A stretch of DNA of 39,180 nt from Patescibacteria group bacterium (lineage in GTDB: Bacteria > Patescibacteriota > Microgenomatia > UBA12405 > JAHJSD01). The translations under genes and the position numbers were made by a program. How positions within the stretch are numbered: the first letter of the stretch is position 1; every line of letters starts with the position of its first letter. Below, piece after piece: positions 33,227 through 39,180 of this stretch. Where the stretch lies: assembly GCA_018830585.1 (NCBI GenBank), contig JAHJSD010000078.1, positions 1-39,180 on the forward strand. Reading direction: 5' to 3'. Below the pieces are notes generated by a model. That model ran no database searches. It was not told where the DNA came from and saw only the letters and a program-made list of their open reading frames with translations.

Positions 33227-35704
33227 ATGTCTTTTTTGGTCTGGCATTATACCAAAGGTTTAAACTTTTTTCTCAATCGTTGGCTTTTTGTTCTGACCTG
33301 GGTCAATCATTACTTTTCAATCGGTCTTTTAATCAAGTCCCTTTTTGCCCCCTGGAAGAGATTGATTATTGAAGAATCCGACAGTCCGGGGCTAAAAGGT
33401 TTTTTTGACAGGTTTACCTTTAACTTGATTTCCCGCGCTATCGGCGCAGTGGTCCGCCTTGCCGTGGTTTTGGCCGCTTCTCTGATCCTTGTTTTGACGG
33501 TAATTGCCGGCTTTTTGCTCTTTTTAATCTGGTTAATTTTTCCTCCCTTGGGATTAAGGCCTTTTTGGCAGGAGAAAGGTCAGTCACTCTCTTTTGCCAA
33601 AGAACTGTTTAATAAGATTAAAAGGAATCCGGGTTTTGCCTCCAGGATTCTCTGGGAGAACCGGGCAGGGGTGTTTATTTTTGCCCACGTGGGCCTAAAC
33701 AAAGAGGAAATGATCAGCAATACTAACCTAAATTTGGAATTTTTAAAATCGGCTCCTCCGTCTTCGTATCAGGCCTTGGTCGAAGGGTTAATCAAGCCGA
33801 CCGATGAGTTTGAGAATTTTTTAAATGCAAGAGGTTTATTAAAAGAGGATATCTTTTTAGCCGCCTACTGGTGGGATGCCCAGCAAAAACCGCCCGGTTC
33901 GCTTGACGGAAAACTGTTTGGTCGTCCCGGTATCGGATTGGAGCTGCTTTTTGGCTATACCCCCAGCTTGAATAACTATGTAGTTGATCTTTCTGCTCCC
34001 CGGCCGTTTTCCCACCACTTAATCGGCCGGGAACCGGTTGTTTTTAGAATGGAAAGAATTCTTTCCAGCAACAAAAGTGTTTTTTTGACCGGTCAGCCCG
34101 GAGTGGGTAAGTACACTGTCGCTTTGGAATTTGCCTATCGCGCCGGTACTGGCCAGTTGGGAAAAGAGATGTCTTATCGCCGGGTTCTGGAGTTCGACTA
34201 TAACTTTCTTCTTTCAGAGACAACAGACTTAAGTCTGAAGAAAAAGAAACTTTCCCTGATTTTGGACGAGGCAGCCAGAGCGGGAAATATCATTTTAGTG
34301 ATCAGAGATTTGCACCGGTTGACCAACTCCGACGTTGAGGGAATTGACTTTACCGATGTTTTTGAACCCTTTTTGGAACAGGGCCAGCTTAAAATTATTG
34401 CCATCGTTTCCCAGGTTGACTACGAGCGTTTTTTAGCTCCCAACCTGAAGTTGCGTAAAAATTTCCAACCGGTTGAGGTAATCCCGCCGACCAAAGACGA
34501 GGCGATGATAATTTTGCTTTTGGCCGCTTACCAGTGGGAAAAAACTAAAAGAACAGTGATTACCATTCCTTCGCTGAGGAGAATTTTAGACGGCACCGAC
34601 CGCTATATCACCGACATTCCCTTTCCCGAAAAAGCGCTTGAGCTTTTAGACGAGGTCGTTTTCAGTCTGGAGAAAGAATCTCAAAAAACGGCGACACCTG
34701 CCAAGGTGGACCAGATTCTTTCGGAAAAAGTGGGCTTGCCGTTGCTGTCTCCTGCCGATTCTGAAAAAAAGAGGCTGAACAATCTCGAGGAAATTATTCA
34801 CCGGAGGTTAATCGACCAGGAAAAAGCGGTTTCTTTAATTGCCAAGAGTTTAAGGAGTAGAATTGTCGGTGTCAGAGGTGAAAACAGGCCGGTGGGCTCT
34901 TTTCTCTTTATGGGGCCAACCGGAGTGGGCAAAACGCAGACTGCCAGGGCTTTGGCCTCGGCTTACTACGGCAGTGAAAAGGAGATTTTGCGTTTTGATT
35001 TGGCCGAATATGCTTCTGATGAGGGAATAATGAGGCTTTTGGGCTCTTTGTCGCAAAACCAGCCCGGTGTCTTGGCCCCTTCGATCCGGAACAGGCCGGC
35101 AAGCCTGCTCTTGTTAGACGAGATAGAAAAAGCGCCTCCAAAAATTTACAATCTTTTTTTGACCCTTCTTGACGAGGGTTATTTCACCGACGCTTTTGGG
35201 AGAAAGATCAACTGTAGAAATCTCTTTGTTATTGCCACTTCCAACGCCGGCGCGGAAAAAGTGAGGCAATTGGTTTCTCAGGGTCTTTCCGGAGAAGAGC
35301 TGCAGAAAGAAGTGGTCGACTATGTCCAGAGAGAAGGTTTTTTCCAGCCTGAGTTCTTAAACCGTTTTGATGGGGTGGTTGTTTTTGAACCCCTCAGAGG
35401 CGAGGATTTAATTAAAATCGCCTATCTGCAAATGGAAGATTTGCAGCGCAGTTTAAAGCAGAAAAACATTTATTTAGAAATAAGCGAGGATGTTTGCCGC
35501 AAACTAGCCCAAGACGGTTACCAGCCCGAGTATGGAGCTAGACCGATGAAAAGGATGATAGACTTGGTTTTGGGCGATTTGATCAGCCGGGCGATTTTAA
35601 ATAATGAAATAACCTCCGGGGACAATATCAAAATTGTTGCCAAAGAGGGAGTCGAGGAATTTGCTTGGGAAAAAATAGACAAACCTCCCGTCAGGAGTTC
35701 TTAG
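33227..35704 (+). CDS. membrane-anchored ClpA/ClpB-like double AAA+ ATPase
   Basis: N-terminal ~110 aa with 3 hydrophobic segments. D1 GQPGVGKYT / ILVIRDLH (degenerate Walker A/B). D2 GPTGVGKT / LLLLDEIEKA, sensor-2 GARPMKR. Confidence 0.85.
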   Translation: MSFLVWHYTKGLNFFLNRWLFVLTWVNHYFSIGLLIKSLFAPWKRLIIEESDSPGLKGFFDRFTFNLISRAIGAVVRLAVVLAASLILVLTVIAGFLLFLIWLIFPPLGLRPFWQEKGQSLSFAKELFNKIKRNPGFASRILWENRAGVFIFAHVGLNKEEMISNTNLNLEFLKSAPPSSYQALVEGLIKPTDEFENFLNARGLLKEDIFLAAYWWDAQQKPPGSLDGKLFGRPGIGLELLFGYTPSLNNYVVDLSAPRPFSHHLIGREPVVFRMERILSSNKSVFLTGQPGVGKYTVALEFAYRAGTGQLGKEMSYRRVLEFDYNFLLSETTDLSLKKKKLSLILDEAARAGNIILVIRDLHRLTNSDVEGIDFTDVFEPFLEQGQLKIIAIVSQVDYERFLAPNLKLRKNFQPVEVIPPTKDEAMIILLLAAYQWEKTKRTVITIPSLRRILDGTDRYITDIPFPEKALELLDEVVFSLEKESQKTATPAKVDQILSEKVGLPLLSPADSEKKRLNNLEEIIHRRLIDQEKAVSLIAKSLRSRIVGVRGENRPVGSFLFMGPTGVGKTQTARALASAYYGSEKEILRFDLAEYASDEGIMRLLGSLSQNQPGVLAPSIRNRPASLLLLDEIEKAPPKIYNLFLTLLDEGYFTDAFGRKINCRNLFVIATSNAGAEKVRQLVSQGLSGEELQKEVVDYVQREGFFQPEFLNRFDGVVVFEPLRGEDLIKIAYLQMEDLQRSLKQKNIYLEISEDVCRKLAQDGYQPEYGARPMKRMIDLVLGDLISRAILNNEITSGDNIKIVAKEGVEEFAWEKIDKPPVRSS

Positions 35705-35880
35705 TCGGTTTTAATGATGGAAATAGACCTTTTTCAATTGCCTCTGTTTTTAATTCTCTGAGTAGCGCCAGACCCCGCTTTCTTTGCCTCCTTGCTTCCG
35801 GGGTTTTAAGTATCCGGCCGTCCGGCCCGGTACCGATCATAGACACTCTTAAGGCATTTAAAGCTGAAGCTCTGGTTGAA

Positions 35881-35996
35881 CCTGTTTCAAAAGTGATCGC
35901 GAACGAGTGAAGCGAGTGTGGCGATCTTGTTTTTAAAGATAGATTGCCGCGTCGTTAACACTCCTCGCAATGACGTAAAGAGTTTTGAAACCAGTT
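35881..35996. mobile_element. 116-bp foldback MITE-like element, copy 3
   Basis: Between the convergent Clp-like and mltG genes. 3 mismatches to each of the other two copies. Confidence 0.8.
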
Positions 35997-36019
35997 GGTT
36001 TTAAAATCGTTTTCGCCAG

Positions 36020-37051
36020 TCATCTTAAAAACTTTTCTATGTTTTCCTGATGTTCCCGGTAAGTTTCGGCGATATGGATTTTTTTATCGGGTGAGTGGAG
36101 GTAGAAAAAGGCGTCGGTATCGGCAGGGTTGATTACCGCTTCAATTGAAGCTAAGCTTGGACTGCAGATTGGTCCGACCGGCGGCCCTTGGTTCAGATAG
36201 GTGTTGTAAAGAGACGGGGTCGTTCTTAATTGACTTCCTGTTACTACGGGCCAGAAGTGGCACTCGGTGATTGGTGTTTGCCCTTTCGGATCTGCCTGTG
36301 AAAACTGGCAGTCTCTTGAAGCCAGGGCGTATTGAACAGTAGCGTCGATTTCCAGTCTCATCCCTTTTTCAAGACGGTTCAGGATAATCCCGGCAATAAT
36401 CGGCTTATCATAATCTCCGCCGCTTTCCCGCTCGATTAAAGAGGCGATTTTAATGGCGGTATCATTTCTGATATTGGCAGCCAGCAACTGTTGGTAAATT
36501 CGGCTATCAAACTTATCATCGAAGTTAGCTTTTAGCTTTTGGGCGACCTGGTAAGGCTTTGCCTTTGAGTCTATCAGATAAGTGTCGGGAAATAGATAGC
36601 CCTCTTCCGCTAAACCGATAAATGAAAAAACGTCATCTTCGGTCCAGTTAAGCGACCTTTTCAGAATCAGGGCGGTTTGCTCTTTCCTTTTTCCCGGCGG
36701 AATGGTGATCCATTTCTGGTAAGGCTCTTGAAGCAAAATTTTAGCTAACTGGTAAGCGTTGACACTATTGGAAACCAAGTAAGCCCCCGGGTTTATTCTC
36801 TGGCCGACGACAGGACAGCCCTTCTGCCTCCAACAGCGAAGAAAAAGACTGATCTCAAAAATTTCGCGGTTGCGTAAAAACTTGGACTCGATTAGGCGGC
36901 TGATGATTATTTCTTCGGTGTCATTCGGTTTAACGACAAACCTCTCCTGATGGCTATCTTTGCCCGGACCCTTAAACTGGAAGAAAATAATCCCGGCAGA
37001 AATCATTATCAGAGCCAGGAAAGCAAGAAAAGCGGTCTTTATCAGTTTCAC
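36020..37051 (-). CDS. mltG: endolytic murein transglycosylase MltG (YceG family)
   Basis: N-terminal TM. YceG-like core LFPDTYL, LASLIERE, YNTYLNQGPPVGPICSPSLASIEAVINP. Confidence 0.9.
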   Translation of the reverse strand: MKLIKTAFLAFLALIMISAGIIFFQFKGPGKDSHQERFVVKPNDTEEIIISRLIESKFLRNREIFEISLFLRCWRQKGCPVVGQRINPGAYLVSNSVNAYQLAKILLQEPYQKWITIPPGKRKEQTALILKRSLNWTEDDVFSFIGLAEEGYLFPDTYLIDSKAKPYQVAQKLKANFDDKFDSRIYQQLLAANIRNDTAIKIASLIERESGGDYDKPIIAGIILNRLEKGMRLEIDATVQYALASRDCQFSQADPKGQTPITECHFWPVVTGSQLRTTPSLYNTYLNQGPPVGPICSPSLASIEAVINPADTDAFFYLHSPDKKIHIAETYREHQENIEKFLR

Positions 37052-37099
37052 TCCAGTAGTTTACCACCTTAACCAGGAAAGATTAATTAATGGATCGGG

Positions 37100-37726
37100 T
37101 TAATTAGGTAATGTCTTTTTTTGGGGAATAAGACTAATTAGTTTTCCCTGAATAGAAAAATTTTCCAAGATCGGTTTATATTTCGGGTTGGCCGGAAAAA
37201 GCATCGCTCTTCCTTCGACAATTCTGAACCTTTTTAAAGTTACCCCGTTTTCATACAGGGCGGCGATGATTTCTCCGTCATTGGCTACCGGTTGGGGGGC
37301 GATGATAGCGATATCACCGCTGTTGATCCCGGCTCCGATCATGCTGTCCCCGGAGACTTCAACGGCAAAAACATTTTTCAGCCCCCGGCTTTGGAGTAGT
37401 GAGATTTTGATGTATTTGTCTACGTGATCTTCGGCAAAAAAAGCAGTCCCGGCAGGAATACTGCTGGACATCAACGGAACGGAGAAATACCCCTGGTCAG
37501 GTTGGAGTAAAGAAGGGTCTATTCTGATGTTTCTGGCCCCTTTTTTCCTCGAAAGAAGACCGGCTTCTTCCAATTTTTCAAGCTGGAGAGTGACTCCTCT
37601 AAGCGATTTAATCTGGCATCGATCCCTGATTTCTCTAATTGTTGGAGAGAATCCTAAAGTCTTAATTTGGCCGATGATGATTTCCAAGACCCTTTTTTGT
37701 TTTTCGGTCAGTTTTTGATAATCCAT
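37100..37726 (-). CDS. lexA: LexA repressor
   Basis: N-terminal winged helix LTEKQKRVLEIIIGQIKTLGFSPTIREI. C-terminal S24 peptidase VSGDSMIGAGINSGDIAII with a downstream Lys (LKRF). Confidence 0.9.
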   Translation of the reverse strand: MDYQKLTEKQKRVLEIIIGQIKTLGFSPTIREIRDRCQIKSLRGVTLQLEKLEEAGLLSRKKGARNIRIDPSLLQPDQGYFSVPLMSSSIPAGTAFFAEDHVDKYIKISLLQSRGLKNVFAVEVSGDSMIGAGINSGDIAIIAPQPVANDGEIIAALYENGVTLKRFRIVEGRAMLFPANPKYKPILENFSIQGKLISLIPQKKTLPN

Positions 37727-37814
37727 TTGAGATCTCTTTAGTTTAAAAATTTAACTGGTTGGCCCGCAGTCTGCCAAATAGTGAATAGTAAATTTTAGTC
37801 TATTGACTTTTGTC

Positions 37815-37828
37815 TACTAAAGATAGTA
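37815..37828. promoter_or_regulatory. 14-bp palindrome TACTA-AAGA-TAGTA, candidate LexA operator
   Basis: The only clean dyad in the 183-bp lexA / radical-SAM divergent intergenic region. Roughly equidistant (about 85-90 bp) from both starts. Confidence 0.3.
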
Positions 37829-37909
37829 ACATCAGTCCAAAGAGTTGTCAAGCCGGAAAATAGTTAAGAAAAGCTTTTACTTTTAAGCTGTAGCTTTGAG
37901 ATTTTAATT

Positions 37910-39013
37910 TTGAGTTTTAACCTTTCCGTGGACTTATATCAAAAAATTTCCGTTTTAGGTCCGGGAGCCAAATATGATACCTGCGGGCCCAAGGATTTTG
38001 GCAAGACGACCGAGATCCCCGGCGTTTATCACGCTAAAGTCGCCGGCAACCATATCTGCCGGCTTTTTAAGGTTTTGCAAACTAATGCTTGTCTTAACAA
38101 TTGCCGCTATTGCGCTTTCCGCCGGGATCGCGCTTGTCTCAGGGTTAGCGCCAGTCCGGACGAGATGGCCAAAGCCTTTGATTCGGCTTACTCAAGACGG
38201 TTAGTGGAAGGTCTTTTTTTGTCTTCCGGGATTGCCGGCGGGCCTGATCCGGCAATGAGCCGGATGTTGGATACTGTTCACCTCTTAAGGGAAAAATATT
38301 ATTATCGCGGCTACATTCATCTTAAGATTATGCCTCAAAGCTCCTTAAGCGTAATCCGGGAATCAATCAAATTAGCCAACAGAATTTCTTTAAACATCGA
38401 ATCGCCGACGGATGAAAGTTTGGCGCGCCTTTCCGGAGAAAAAAGCTTGAAAAAAGGTTTTTTCCACACCCTTTCCCTGATTAAAGGGGAACTTAAAAAA
38501 AACTTTTTTGCCGACAAGAAGATTCCCAGTTTAACCACTCAGTTTGTTGTTGGCGCCGGGGATGAAAATGACGGTGAAATTGTTAAAACCACTCATTTTC
38601 TTTATAAAAATTTCGGTTTAAAAAGAGTTTTTTACTCCGCTTTCCGTCCTATCGATGACACCCCTTTAGCCAACAGACCGGCTGTTTCGCTGGTTCGGGA
38701 GCATAGACTTTATCAGACGGATTTTCTAATGCGTTTTTACCATTTTTCTCCTTGGGATATTCCTTTAGACAAAAACGGCTTTCTTTCTGAAATGGAAGAC
38801 CCGAAGCTCATCTGGGCCAGAAGAAATCCGTGGTTTTTCCCGGTTGATATCAACAAAGCTTCTTATTGGGATTTAATTAAAGTTCCCGGGATCGGTCCGG
38901 TCTCGGCCAAAAAGATCGTTCAGATCAGAAGACAAACTAAGGTTGTTTCTCTGGATCGGCTTTATAATCTCCGGTTTCAGCTAAGTAAAATCAGTCCTTA
39001 TCTAAAAGTTTGA
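37910..39013 (+). CDS. putative DNA modification/repair radical SAM protein with a C-terminal helix-hairpin-helix
   Basis: Cys cluster CLNNCRYCAFR. N-terminal AKYDTCGP. C-terminal LIKVPGIGPVSAKKIVQIR (HhH). The architecture matches the family usually annotated as putative DNA modification/repair radical SAM protein. TTG start. Confidence 0.8.
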   Translation: MSFNLSVDLYQKISVLGPGAKYDTCGPKDFGKTTEIPGVYHAKVAGNHICRLFKVLQTNACLNNCRYCAFRRDRACLRVSASPDEMAKAFDSAYSRRLVEGLFLSSGIAGGPDPAMSRMLDTVHLLREKYYYRGYIHLKIMPQSSLSVIRESIKLANRISLNIESPTDESLARLSGEKSLKKGFFHTLSLIKGELKKNFFADKKIPSLTTQFVVGAGDENDGEIVKTTHFLYKNFGLKRVFYSAFRPIDDTPLANRPAVSLVREHRLYQTDFLMRFYHFSPWDIPLDKNGFLSEMEDPKLIWARRNPWFFPVDINKASYWDLIKVPGIGPVSAKKIVQIRRQTKVVSLDRLYNLRFQLSKISPYLKV

Positions 39014-39180
39014 GCTAAAGATTTGAGACCCTTTTTATTTCCCGACTTCGCCACTTTGATTTTTGGAAAAAGATTTACGCAAAGATAGGCATGTTTTTTC
39101 ATAATTTTAGCGATTTGGGTCACTTGCGAATTTTGAGTTATAGATGAACCAGATCAAATCTGCTGTTACACAGGTTTGCC

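Noticed and set aside
35691-35840. 49-codon minus-strand ORF, MIGTGPDGRILKTPEARRQRKRGLALLRELKTEAIEKGLFPSLKPTKNS, whose GTGPDGRI string resembles the E3-binding (peripheral subunit-binding) motif.
   Set aside because: It is too short and has no SD. It overlaps the Clp-like gene's 3' end by 14 nt, and its upstream frame runs into the MITE. The motif is encoded by a GC-rich palindromic stretch (CCGGCCGTCCGGCCCGG). At best it is a remnant.
35665-35910. Track ORF 35665-35910 (+) and the antisense ORFs inside annotated genes (for example 1689-2204-, 9854-10177-, 29171-29479+, 37188-37427+).
   Set aside because: They overlap better-supported genes or the MITE, lack motifs and start signals, and are typical shadow ORFs.
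1-39180. tRNA, rRNA, transposase, integrase or reverse transcriptase genes anywhere in the window.
   Set aside because: I scanned by eye for T-arm strings (GGTTCGA/GGTTCAA and complements), rRNA-like conserved blocks, and DDE / Tyr-recombinase / YxDD motifs in the ORF track. None was found. This is a visual scan, not a covariance-model search.

Overview
This is a 39.2-kb chromosomal window. It looks like it comes from a small-genome, uncultivated bacterium (CPR/Patescibacteria-like), but that is inference from gene content and style only. Genes are short and AT-rich, and many encode membrane or secreted ORFans. The intergenic spacers are packed with GC-rich nested-palindrome repeat modules.

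Recognisable genes:
- OmpR-type response regulator and histidine kinase (773-2712)
- clan-A-like glycoside hydrolase with a C-terminal dockerin (3632-5908, minus)
- a block of cupin, VOC, two HhH-GPD glycosylases and a SAM methyltransferase (6454-9531)
- MacAB-like adaptor, ATPase and permease exporter (10261-13778)
- a frameshifted Ham1-like gene and an alpha/beta hydrolase
- VapBC-type toxin-antitoxin pair (15828-16453)
- a VIT-like membrane protein, a cupin and a DUF362 protein
- MgtA-type P-type ATPase
- a membrane-anchored ClpA/B-like AAA+ protein
- MltG
- LexA, divergent from a DNA-repair-type radical SAM gene

I found no rRNA, tRNA, CRISPR array, transposase, integrase or reverse transcriptase.

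Most notable observations:
1. A 4,757-bp segment carries only a 1478-aa ORFan. It is bracketed by a 105-bp direct repeat that duplicates the 3' end of the DUF362 gene.
2. That ORFan has a roughly 370-aa low-complexity N-terminus followed by an internal Tat-like/lipobox signal.
3. A roughly 1.4-kb ORF-free, GC-rich, highly self-complementary region (20.1-21.5 kb) sits downstream of a consensus extended -10, a strong SD and a 43-codon Cys-rich ORF.
4. There are two further ORF-poor structured regions, at 2.7-3.1 kb and 23.5-24.15 kb.
5. A 116-bp foldback MITE is present in three copies at about 97% identity.
6. There is in-window evidence that the GC-rich palindromic modules move: a filled/empty site pair, and an in-frame insertion in the kinase ATP lid.
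7. An 11-bp-phased TTCTCAG direct repeat is shared by the two-component operon and the ABC exporter operon.

All functional calls come from motifs read by eye. No searches were run.
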